Shown: positions 29,842 through 39,005, counted from the stretch's first letter. The stretch: DNA of 64,000 nucleotides from an uncultured virus (IMG/VR IMGVR_UViG_3300035501_001058) (IMGVR_UViG_3300035501_001058), one strand, 5' to 3'. Numbers and translations: made by a program. The notes: generated by a model from the letters alone, not told the origin.

Positions 29842-30906
29842 ATGAATGATTATAGCATTTACAAAGGAGCGCTTAAAGACTCCGACAAAACAGCACCATT
29901 GTGGCATATCTATAGTAAAGATATGCCACAATTTATATTAGATTTAGCCAATACTCCAGCAATGTTAAGACTCAAAGATATTGGAATGGGTTGCGGTACA
30001 CAATATGCTAATTTTAAGATACATGGTAATATTGCAGATTATAGTAAATGGGAGCACAGTGTTGGAGTCGCTTTAATTGTTTGGAATTTTACCATGGATG
30101 TTAAGCAGACTGTAGCAGGATTACTGCATGATATAGCGACGCCAGTATTTGCACATGTTATAGACTTAGTGAATGGTGATTATGTTACACAGGAGTCTAC
30201 TGAGAAAGGAACAAAAGAGATAATAGAAAACTCGGCTGAGATTCAGCAGATACTTTCTGGGTTATCTTTGACAACAGAAGATGTTTATGATTATCACAGA
30301 TATCCAATAGCAGATAATACCTCACCATTATTATCTGCTGATAGACTGGAATACTCTTTAGGTGACTTCTACTACTATGGTTTATGCAATTTAAATCAGA
30401 TTAGGGAGCTCTACAAGCAGCTAATAATAATAAGAAATGAAAGTGGAGAGCCAGAGCTAGGTTTTAACACTAAAGCTTCTGCAGATTTATTTGCTGAGTT
30501 ATCAATGAAATGCTCTAATGTTTATGTATCTGATGAAACATTAATTACAATGGCTTATGTCAGGGATGTAATTAAATACAATTTAGAAATAGGTGCTATA
30601 AGCAGAGATGATTTATATACAGATGAAACAACTATAATTAAGTTAATTCAGAACAGTTCAGCAGGATCAAGAATGTGGGATATTTTGGGTATGTTCAAAA
30701 AAGTACATCGTGAATCAGAAAAGAGTATGCTTACTTATAGCACAAAGATAGAAGATAATAAAAGGCGTTATATAGACCCATTAATTAAGACAGGTGAGCG
30801 TGTTTCTGCTTATAGAAAGTCACATAGAAAAGCTATAAATGAGCTTCTAAATAAAAAGTTTGATTATTACTTAACATTAAATTTTTGGTGTGATGTACCT
30901 TTTTAG
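29842..30906 (+). CDS. HD-domain phosphohydrolase (dNTPase/YwfO-like)
   Basis: RLKDI, EHSVGV, LLHDIA..FAH and ADRLEY motifs. Confidence 0.88.
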   Translation: MNDYSIYKGALKDSDKTAPLWHIYSKDMPQFILDLANTPAMLRLKDIGMGCGTQYANFKIHGNIADYSKWEHSVGVALIVWNFTMDVKQTVAGLLHDIATPVFAHVIDLVNGDYVTQESTEKGTKEIIENSAEIQQILSGLSLTTEDVYDYHRYPIADNTSPLLSADRLEYSLGDFYYYGLCNLNQIRELYKQLIIIRNESGEPELGFNTKASADLFAELSMKCSNVYVSDETLITMAYVRDVIKYNLEIGAISRDDLYTDETTIIKLIQNSSAGSRMWDILGMFKKVHRESEKSMLTYSTKIEDNKRRYIDPLIKTGERVSAYRKSHRKAINELLNKKFDYYLTLNFWCDVPF

Positions 30907-30933
30907 GTAAATAATAATAGGAAGGATAACGAT

Positions 30934-31461
30934 ATGAATGTTGAAATTATTAGTTTAGATAATAAAGAAATTAAAGTTTTACGCAGAGTGAATACTCATA
31001 ATGGAGCTGCTATAAAACAAGAAGCTTTTATTGTTAGTGACATTATTTCTCTTGCACAAAATATTGAAGAAGTAAAAGAGATAAAATTTGTAAATGGATA
31101 TTATATGGCACAGGAAGATAAAGCTTCATTTATTCATGATTATGCAGCTTCTCAAGATGATAATGCAATTATTGCGATAACTGCACATCTCAGTACATTA
31201 GAGTTTCCACGTGAGGAATATTATGATCCAGATAATGCACGTGACATCGAGAGTAAGGGTAATAGAAAACCTTTGCCTTGGGATAGCATTTTAGAGAGAG
31301 AAAGTTGTATGCTAGCAGACGCAGGATTTATAAATATAAATCATTATGTGGACTATGAATATAAAATTGCTTTTATTTATAACAACGCCGCAGGTAGAAA
31401 AGTAGCTGAAAAGATTACAGAAATTATGTCACAGGAGTTGAAAGAGCTACAGTCATTTTAG
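30934..31461 (+). CDS. Hypothetical protein
   Basis: RBS; ends SQELKELQSF. Confidence 0.7.
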   Translation: MNVEIISLDNKEIKVLRRVNTHNGAAIKQEAFIVSDIISLAQNIEEVKEIKFVNGYYMAQEDKASFIHDYAASQDDNAIIAITAHLSTLEFPREEYYDPDNARDIESKGNRKPLPWDSILERESCMLADAGFININHYVDYEYKIAFIYNNAAGRKVAEKITEIMSQELKELQSF

Positions 31462-31489
31462 CTGCTATAGGTGTTTGTAGCTCTTTCAA
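31438..31489 (+). terminator. 14-bp inverted repeat overlapping the last codons of 30934..31461
   Basis: ttgaaagagctaca / tgtagctctttcaa. Confidence 0.7.
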
Positions 31490-31553
31490 TGAAACCTAAC
31501 AATTTTAACAATTAAATAATTTTAAGAGTATTAAATTAAGGAGAAATGAATAT

Positions 31554-32849
31554 ATGAAAAAGGTATTATTAAATGGGCACAAGATGAATGAGGTACTAGC
31601 CATTCTTAAAAAGGCAATACAGGAAGAGCTTCCACAGCATTTTGTAGTACAGTGTAAAAATTGTACTCTGTCAATTGTAGCTAGTAATCAGCTTGGGCAT
31701 AATAAAGGTACAATCGAAATTGCTTTACGCAATATGAATGATTCTGATTTTCTATTAGATGAGGAATATACGATTATACCAGCATTTCCACTAATAGCAT
31801 TTCCTGCATTTGTAACACAATTTAAGGAACTAGATGAAATAAATTTTAAAGAAGTATGGGATGCATGGGATATCATAGCCAGCCATTATAGTGCATCACA
31901 GGAGTTGAAAGAGCCAAAGGAGAATAAGCTTATGAAAGATATGAATTTATTTGATGATGAAGAGAGTAACAAAGAATCAAAGTTAGAAAAACCCGAAGGT
32001 TGGGAAGAGTTTAAGGAAGAAACTGGTAATAAAAACTTAGTGTACTATGACCCTAATGAATGGGAGATTTGTTATAAAAGACTTGCTGATACTCATTATT
32101 TACACTATAAAGGAAAAGGTAAGATTAAAAATACACCAATTAATATAAGTTCTTGCTACAGGATGTTTCATGAATGTGAAAATTTAATAGAATTAGATCT
32201 CTCTAATTTTGATACTAGTAAGGTTATTAATATGTGTGGCATGTTTTGGGGTTGTAAGAGTTTGGAAGAATTAGATCTTTCTAATTTTGATACTAGTAAA
32301 GTTACTAATATGCATGGTGTGTTTTGTGGATGTGAGAGTCTGAAAGAACTAGATCTCTCTAGCTTTGACACTAGTAATGTTATTTATATGTCTGCTATGT
32401 TTGAAGCCTGCGGCAAATTAGAGAGATTAGATCTTTCTAATTTTGACACTAGTAAAGTTACCAATATGGATGAAATGTTTACAGGTTGTGTGAGTATGAA
32501 AGAGCTGAATCTTTCTAGTTTCGATACAAGCAATGTTACTGATATGTGGGAAATGTTTATGCATTGTAGAAGCTTAGAAAAAGTAGATCTTTCTAATTTT
32601 GATACTAGTAAGGTTGATAATATGGGTTATATGTTTTATGAATGCGTGAAGTTAAAAGAATTAGATCTTTCTAGTTTTCGCTCTGATAATGTTACTAATA
32701 TAGCTGGTATGTTTGCAGTTTGTAATAAGTTAGAAAGATTAAATCTTTCTAACTTTGATACAGAATATGTCATTGGTACGGAAGATATGTTTAGTGAATG
32801 TTTTAATTTACCTCAAAGTATAAAAGACAAGATAGTAAATATACAATAA
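31554..32849 (+). CDS. Fusion: unknown 126-aa domain + BspA/DUF285-type 26-aa repeat protein (8 repeats)
   Basis: MFxxCxxLxxLDLSNFDTSxVxxM repeats; internal RBS and in-frame ATG at 31932 (MKDMNLF). Confidence 0.85.
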   Translation: MKKVLLNGHKMNEVLAILKKAIQEELPQHFVVQCKNCTLSIVASNQLGHNKGTIEIALRNMNDSDFLLDEEYTIIPAFPLIAFPAFVTQFKELDEINFKEVWDAWDIIASHYSASQELKEPKENKLMKDMNLFDDEESNKESKLEKPEGWEEFKEETGNKNLVYYDPNEWEICYKRLADTHYLHYKGKGKIKNTPINISSCYRMFHECENLIELDLSNFDTSKVINMCGMFWGCKSLEELDLSNFDTSKVTNMHGVFCGCESLKELDLSSFDTSNVIYMSAMFEACGKLERLDLSNFDTSKVTNMDEMFTGCVSMKELNLSSFDTSNVTDMWEMFMHCRSLEKVDLSNFDTSKVDNMGYMFYECVKLKELDLSSFRSDNVTNIAGMFAVCNKLERLNLSNFDTEYVIGTEDMFSECFNLPQSIKDKIVNIQ

Positions 32850-32933
32850 TTTCAGGAGAATGGTAAGTAAAATTACCATTCTCCTACTATTTTAGAATAA
32901 GGAGGTTTAACAATGAAAGATATGAATTTATTT
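32841..32933 (+). repeat. Intergenic cassette copy 1: stop - hairpin - RBS - MKxMxxF
   Basis: 13-bp perfect stem aggagaatggtaa/ttaccattctcct, then aataaggaggtttaacaATGAAA. Confidence 0.9.
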
Positions 32934-33968
32934 AATGAAATAAAAAAACCAGAAGGATGGAAAGAATTTAGAGAGGAAACAGGTAATAAAAACTTAGTGT
33001 ACTATGACCCTAATGAATGGGAAATTGAATTAGATGAGGACATTACTGATATTCTTTATTTACATTACAAGGGAGATGATAAGCTAAAAAATGCTCCAAT
33101 TAATATTAGTTCTTGTTACAGCATGTTTTTTGGTTGTATGAATCTAAAAGAATTAGATCTTTCTAAATTTGATACAAGTAAGGTTACTAATATGTATGGT
33201 ATGTTTGAAGGTTGTGATAGTTTAGAAAAGTTAGATCTTTCTAAATTTGATACAAGTAAAGTTACTGATATGTCTTATATGTTTAATGAATGTACAAGCT
33301 TAGAAAAATTAGATCTTTCTAAATTTGATACAAGTAAAGTTACTGATATGTCTTATATGTTTTGTGAATGTGAAAATTTAGAAAAATTAGATATTTCTAA
33401 TTTTGACACTAGCAAGGTTACTAATATGAGAAGTATGTTTAGTGAATGTACAAGCTTAGAAAAATTAGATCTTTCTAGTTTTAACACTAGTAATGTTACT
33501 GATATGTATGCTATGTTTTATCATTGCAAGAGTTTAGAAAAATTGGATCTTTCTAGCTTTGATACAAGTAATGTTTGTGATATGACAGGTATGTTTTATG
33601 GATGTAATAGTTTGGAAAGATTAGACCTTTCTAATTTTGACACTAGTAAAGTTACTGATATGAGTTACATGTTTTTTGTATGTAAGAAATTAAAAACTTT
33701 AAATGTTTCTAATTTTGACACAAGTAATGTTACTGATATGAGGTATATGTTTTGTGCATGTAACAATTTAAAAGAATTAGATCTTTCTAGTTTTGATACA
33801 AGAAATGTTACCGATATGTCTGAAATGTTTCGTTGTTGTATGAAATTAAAAGAATTAGATCTTTCTAATTTTGATACTAGTAATGTTACTGATATGTCTG
33901 AAATGTTTCGTGAATGTTTTAATTTACCTCTAAGTATGAAAGACAGAATTAGAAATAATATACAATAA
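32913..33968 (+). CDS. BspA/DUF285-type repeat protein (10 repeats), no signal peptide
   Basis: Ten 26-aa repeats between a conserved N-cap (KPEGWKEFREETGNKNLVYYDPNEW) and C-cap (NLPxSxK). Confidence 0.9.
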   Translation: MKDMNLFNEIKKPEGWKEFREETGNKNLVYYDPNEWEIELDEDITDILYLHYKGDDKLKNAPINISSCYSMFFGCMNLKELDLSKFDTSKVTNMYGMFEGCDSLEKLDLSKFDTSKVTDMSYMFNECTSLEKLDLSKFDTSKVTDMSYMFCECENLEKLDISNFDTSKVTNMRSMFSECTSLEKLDLSSFNTSNVTDMYAMFYHCKSLEKLDLSSFDTSNVCDMTGMFYGCNSLERLDLSNFDTSKVTDMSYMFFVCKKLKTLNVSNFDTSNVTDMRYMFCACNNLKELDLSSFDTRNVTDMSEMFRCCMKLKELDLSNFDTSNVTDMSEMFRECFNLPLSMKDRIRNNIQ

Positions 33969-34072
33969 TTCCAGGAGAATGGTAAGTAAAATTACCATTC
34001 TCTTTTACCATTTTAAAATAAGGAGGTTTAACAATGAAATCTATGGATTTTTTCGACAATGAAAAGAGTAGT
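33960..34072 (+). repeat. Intergenic cassette copy 2
   Basis: Near-identical hairpin and RBS; continues ATGAAATCTATGGATTTTTTC. Confidence 0.9.
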
Positions 34073-34614
34073 ATAGTAAAACCTAAGGCTGGAAAGAGTT
34101 TAGGGAAGAAACAGGTAATAAGAATTTAGTATTGTACGATCCTGATGAGTGGAAGATTAGTTTAGATGAGGAAACTGGTGTATATTATTTGCATTATAAG
34201 GGAAATGATAAGATTAAGAGTGCTCCAATTAATATAAGTTCTTGTTATAAAATGTTTGCATATTGTGATCTTTTAAAAGAACTAGATCTTTCCAATTTTG
34301 ATACTAGTAAAGTTACTAATATGTGTGGCATGTTCTGGGGGTGTAAGAATTTAAGGGGGCTTAAACTTTCTAATTTTGATACAAGTAATGTCACTGATAT
34401 GAGCTGGATGTTTAGTGAATGTAAGAGATTAGAAAGTTTGGATCTTTCTAATTTTGACACAAGCAATGTTACTGCTATGGGGCATATGTTTGAAAAGTGT
34501 AAGAAATTAGAAGAGTTGAACATTTCCGGTTTTAATACAAATAAAGTTACTAATACATATGAAATGTTCACTGAATGTAAAAGTTTACCTCAGAGTATAG
34601 AAAATAGATTTTAA
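34034..34614 (+). pseudogene. Frameshifted BspA/DUF285-type repeat gene (4 repeats)
   Basis: True start at 34034 (MKSMDFFD). One base is missing at 34084/34085 (cct-aa-ggc vs cct-gaa-ggc in the 35088 paralogue); restoring it joins the 34132..34614 frame. Could be a sequencing error. Confidence 0.75.
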
Positions 34615-34617
34615 AAT

Positions 34618-34760
34618 AAGGAAGATGAGCTTATGAAAGCTATGAATTTATTTGTGACTAAGACGGTAAAGAATCCAATTTAGGTAATCCCAAAGTACCT
34701 TTAGGATCCATGGAAGAAACCGCTAATAAGAATTTAATACTTTATTATTCTAATAAGTGA
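34618..34760 (+). pseudogene. Decayed remnant of a further repeat-gene 5' end
   Basis: aaggaagatgagcttATGAAAGCTATGAATTTATTT resembles 31917-31952; later encodes EETANKNLILYYSNK* (cf. EETGNKNLVYYDPNEW). Confidence 0.65.
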
Positions 34761-35087
34761 AAAGTTAAGGGTGCAGTTAGTTATTACAGAAAATAAAGCT
34801 AAACTTCAATAAAACTTAAAGCATACCTAGCCTTAGTAAAATAATAAATGAAAATTTATTTTCTTTTCACTTAAATTTAAAATGATAAGGGGGATTTATA
34901 ATGAGTATTTATCAGTTTCTTAAAATCAGATTTTAAAGCAATGGATACTAGTTGTAGTAGTTTATTAGTGCATAGACATAAAGTAGTTTGTAGTTTAATC
35001 ATTTGCTTATAATTGTGCAATTTGAAATACTATATGGTAAATGATAAAAATATTTAAAGATTATTTAATTATGGAGGCCAAATAAAT

Positions 35088-36080
35088 ATGATAAATAGAT
35101 TTAGAGGAAAATATAGTTTTCTTAGTAACTTTTTTGATTCACCAGTAACTTATAATGGGATAACTTACTTAAATAGTGAAGCTGCATTTCAGGCACAGAA
35201 GACTTTTGATGATAGAGAACGTTTTAGTTATTTACCACCAGCATCAGCGAAGAGATTAGGTAGAAGAGTACAGATGAGAAAAGATTGGGAGATCGTTAAA
35301 ACTGATGAAATGTATAAAATTGTGAAAGCAAAGTTTTCTCAGAATGAGGATTTAAAAAATAAACTTATTGAAACAGGCGATGAATATCTAGAAGAAGGAA
35401 ATACTTGGGGAGATAGAACCTGGGGCACAGTAAACGGTGTTGGAGAAAATAGACTAGGAAAAATCCTGATGAAAGTTAGAAAAGAATTGCAGTCTGGAAT
35501 ATCTGATAATAAATTGAATGAAAATAGCTATGATACAGTGAACTTCCATGAGGAAAGCTCTAGTATACATAAAGCAGACTTGAATTTGGATAATACTCTT
35601 ATAAAAGCAACTAGTACTAAGCCTGAAGGCTGGAAAGAATTTAGAGAAAAAACTGGTAATCATAATTTAGTATACTATGATCCTAATGAATGGGAAGTTG
35701 TTATAGAAGTTGCTACAGAATACTTACATTATAAGGGAGATAGTAAAATTAAGAATGTTCCAGTTAATATAAGTTCTTGCTATTATATGTTTTATGGATA
35801 TAATCTTGAAATTTTGGACCTTTCTAATTTCGAGACAAGTAATATAATTAATATGGAAGGCATGTTTTGTTGCTGTATGAGATTAAAAGAATTGAATCTT
35901 TCTAATTTTAATACAAGTAAGGTTACTAATATGGAAGCTATGTTTTATGCTTGTGCTAATCTAAAAAAACTAGATATTTCTAGTTTTAACATGGGCAATG
36001 TTATTGCTAATGGAAGCATGCTTGCTGGATGCAATAATTTACCACAAAGTGTAAGAGAAAAAATTCAAAATAATAGATAA
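35088..36080 (+). CDS. NADAR (YbiA-like) domain fused to BspA/DUF285-type repeat module (3 repeats)
   Basis: FLSNF, SEAAFQAQK, KFSQN..LK..LI.TG, DRTWG and GENRLGKILMKVR motifs, then the KPEGWKEF N-cap and repeats. Confidence 0.88.
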   Translation: MINRFRGKYSFLSNFFDSPVTYNGITYLNSEAAFQAQKTFDDRERFSYLPPASAKRLGRRVQMRKDWEIVKTDEMYKIVKAKFSQNEDLKNKLIETGDEYLEEGNTWGDRTWGTVNGVGENRLGKILMKVRKELQSGISDNKLNENSYDTVNFHEESSSIHKADLNLDNTLIKATSTKPEGWKEFREKTGNHNLVYYDPNEWEVVIEVATEYLHYKGDSKIKNVPVNISSCYYMFYGYNLEILDLSNFETSNIINMEGMFCCCMRLKELNLSNFNTSKVTNMEAMFYACANLKKLDISSFNMGNVIANGSMLAGCNNLPQSVREKIQNNR

Positions 36081-36184
36081 TTTTAGGAGAATGATAAGTA
36101 AAATTATCATTCTCTTTTACTATTTTAGAATAAGGAGGATTTATAATGAAATCTATGGATTTTTTCGGTAATGAAAAGAGTAGT
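36075..36184 (+). repeat. Intergenic cassette copy 3
   Basis: Same hairpin with a compensatory G-C to A-T pair change (gagaatgataa/ttatcattctc); RBS; first 13 codons nearly identical to those at 34034. Confidence 0.9.
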
Positions 36185-38482
36185 AAGAAACCAAAGGAGA
36201 ATATACATACCTCTAAATATAAAACAAATATGATTCTTGATGGAGGTGCTTATAAAATAACTTATACAAAAGATAAGAAACAAGCCAAAATAACAATTGG
36301 AAATGAAAAAATCATGACAGTTATGTCAGCGAGAAGAATTTATAATGAAGTTAAAGAAATACTTGACTCGGAATTTGATTATGAGCTTCTGGATAAGTTA
36401 TACCTAATGAATCGCGATACAAATAGATGTGGATATAAGAGTATATTAAAATATCAAAATATATCTATAGAATTGGCTGTAAAGATAATGCAACTAAAAA
36501 ATATGGATAATCTTGGTAATGATAATAAAGATATAAAGTCAAATGTATTAGAAATTTTAAATATCGGTCGTACAAGTTCAGGAAAAACCAGATTTATTTT
36601 AGGCTCTTTTTTATCTAAAGACACTTTGAAAAATTTTGTACCTGCACTAACTAGTTTGACAGAAACTACAGCATGTTCGATCATATATCATTTAAACTCT
36701 CAAACAGTCAAAATTGAAGATAACTATGACTTTAGAGTCGATGTAAAACTAAAGAATGAAGAGGAAATTCGTGATAGCATTAGGGGGTTAATAATAGAGG
36801 CTATTGAAGAATATATTATAACAGTAAAAGAAAATTCAAAGAATATTGCAGATGTTGAAGAACTTTGTGAAAAATGTAAAGAGGCAGTAATAATGAGTCT
36901 AGAATCAAATTATGATAAAACTTTTGGTCTTGGAAAAAGAGAGTCAAATATTAGTTTGGCAAAAGATGTGGAGAAATTAACTATAAGTGCACTTGTAGAA
37001 TATTACGGAAATAGCAAATCTATCGATAAGATAATAGACGAAGACAGATATTTTATAATAAGGCAACTTATAAGTGAGTGTAAAGATGAGCGGTTTGATA
37101 TAAGCTGTGATGAAATAAATGACATGCTTAATAGATTTAATACTAAAAAGGCTTATTTAAATCTTGTAAATGGCATTTATGGAAAAATTAAAGATGATTT
37201 GGATTCATATAAAGATGACTACAGCTCCAATGCTTGTATAGGAGAAATTATTAGTTATAGCGGAAATGCTTCAGGGGAAGATACTCTTAATCAGTTAAGT
37301 CATATATTTGGTAATAAAAGGAAACAGAAAAGTGGATACTTTTATACGATTAAACCTATTGTGAAAATGGCTGAGTTTTATTTCAACGTTAAAGAATTAG
37401 AAGAAATAAGTGACAAAGAAATAGTCTTATCAGATAGTGTAGGTATTAACCAAGGTCAGAAAGATTTAAACATAATAAATGAAGTAGTGCTTAATAGAAT
37501 CCAAGAATCTGTCCAAACTAGAAAACCAGATATTATTCTTTATCATACTAGACTTGATGATAAGGACGATAATATGTATGATATTGTAAGCAACTTAAAT
37601 GCTCAAGGATACGGAAAATCAATATGTATAGTTTCTGGAATGCTAGATAGTGTATTAACTTCATATCTTAAAGAGCAGAGTCTAGAAATAGATCATTTAG
37701 ACAAAGAGTTGTTTGATAATTTTCTTGAAGAAATTAATCAAATATATGTTGAGTCCGATAGTGCTACATTGAATTCGATTGTAGAAAATAGATATTTTAT
37801 TTGTGACAAAACTAATGAGTTAGCAGACAAGTTCCCGTATGCAACTGACTATAGTTGTACTGAAATTCTAAAAAAGGTTATTGCATTTCATTCATTTCAT
37901 TCAATAAATGAAAGAAGTGGCACGTTATATGATGATATTGATTTTATGAAAATGATACAAGATAATTATGTGCCTGAAAGTGTATATCAGCAGTATCAAG
38001 AACAAATTAAGTCGATGATATCTATGTCAAATAATATGAGGTGGAGTACATTACAGAAAGCAATAGAAGAGTTAAGGTGTAATAGGTATGGGTACGATAT
38101 ATTGTATCCTGCTTTTAATGTAAGAAATGCATTAGCTGAGGAATTAAATAAAGATGAAATAAAAAACAAGTTTATAGAAAAATTTGGTAATGATGTCGAT
38201 AAAATAAAAATACGCTATCTTCTAGAGGTAACAGATGTGGCACAAATAGTTTTAGTTACTGAATATAAGGCATTTATGAAACGACTTTTACAAATGCAAT
38301 ATGATGCTGATTTAAGAACAGATTTAAGTACATCATTGACAAATGATCGTAAGTATAATTTACAAATGTTGTATAAATCATGTTTAGAAAAGAAAGATAT
38401 AGATGGGGTATCTAGTCTTAAAATAGTATTTCATATAGCATGGATTAGGACACTAGAATATTTTAATAAGAAGTGTAATTAA
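36146..38482 (+). CDS. Large P-loop GTPase (dynamin-like/TRAFAC)
   Basis: G1 GRTSSGKT, G2-like TETT, G3 DSVG, G4-like TRLD; long helical inserts. Confidence 0.65.
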   Translation: MKSMDFFGNEKSSKKPKENIHTSKYKTNMILDGGAYKITYTKDKKQAKITIGNEKIMTVMSARRIYNEVKEILDSEFDYELLDKLYLMNRDTNRCGYKSILKYQNISIELAVKIMQLKNMDNLGNDNKDIKSNVLEILNIGRTSSGKTRFILGSFLSKDTLKNFVPALTSLTETTACSIIYHLNSQTVKIEDNYDFRVDVKLKNEEEIRDSIRGLIIEAIEEYIITVKENSKNIADVEELCEKCKEAVIMSLESNYDKTFGLGKRESNISLAKDVEKLTISALVEYYGNSKSIDKIIDEDRYFIIRQLISECKDERFDISCDEINDMLNRFNTKKAYLNLVNGIYGKIKDDLDSYKDDYSSNACIGEIISYSGNASGEDTLNQLSHIFGNKRKQKSGYFYTIKPIVKMAEFYFNVKELEEISDKEIVLSDSVGINQGQKDLNIINEVVLNRIQESVQTRKPDIILYHTRLDDKDDNMYDIVSNLNAQGYGKSICIVSGMLDSVLTSYLKEQSLEIDHLDKELFDNFLEEINQIYVESDSATLNSIVENRYFICDKTNELADKFPYATDYSCTEILKKVIAFHSFHSINERSGTLYDDIDFMKMIQDNYVPESVYQQYQEQIKSMISMSNNMRWSTLQKAIEELRCNRYGYDILYPAFNVRNALAEELNKDEIKNKFIEKFGNDVDKIKIRYLLEVTDVAQIVLVTEYKAFMKRLLQMQYDADLRTDLSTSLTNDRKYNLQMLYKSCLEKKDIDGVSSLKIVFHIAWIRTLEYFNKKCN

Positions 38483-38801
38483 GTAGAATAGAGAAGAGTA
38501 CAAATATGCTTGTTTTGGTGTTGTAGCATTTAATGAAGATCGTCATAAAGGTAGTTTTGTGTTTATAGTCAATAATGAAATTCAGAGAATTTAAAGCATA
38601 ACTCTATTGTTTAATCATAATATTTCACTTTTATGCTATACAGAGAAAGAAGACTTTGAAGACTTCGATGATATTAATAAGTACTTAAGTTATAAATAAC
38701 CACAAATAGGTGAGAATTTTTGTATTAAATTCTAGTGCTTTATTGACACCAAGACTATTCTTAAATAACTGTTATAATTTGGGAATAAATTATGGAGTGA
38801 G

Positions 38802-39005
38802 GTGATTAATATGGATGATACACCAGAAAGTGTAAAAATAGCTACAGAATGGGGTATAAAGGAGTATGCACATTTAAAAAAAGAGCATGAAGAAGCAGTG
38901 GCTCAAGCAAAACACGCTGCAGCGATAGCTGATAGAAAATTAAATCTTACACCAGAGGAGATTAAATTAAGTAATCGTGGCATGCCATGGGAAAATGATG
39001 AATAG
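38802..39005 (+). CDS. Small hypothetical protein
   Basis: GGAG/GAGG RBS; TGnTATAAT at 38770-38778 upstream. Confidence 0.55.
   Translation: MINMDDTPESVKIATEWGIKEYAHLKKEHEEAVAQAKHAAAIADRKLNLTPEEIKLSNRGMPWENDE

Noticed and set aside
30889..30906. HD protein C-terminus CDVPF resembling the SSB tail DDIPF
   Set aside because: Single weak match lacking the acidic run; may be chance.
32160..34600. 78-bp periodic repeats as a possible CRISPR array or DGR template/variable repeats
   Set aside because: The repeats are in-frame coding units with no unique spacers. No cas or reverse transcriptase gene is present, and variation is not visibly adenine-specific.
38743..38778. TTGACA...TATAAT as a canonical sigma-A promoter
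   Set aside because: The spacer is 24 nt, too long; only the extended -10 is plausible.
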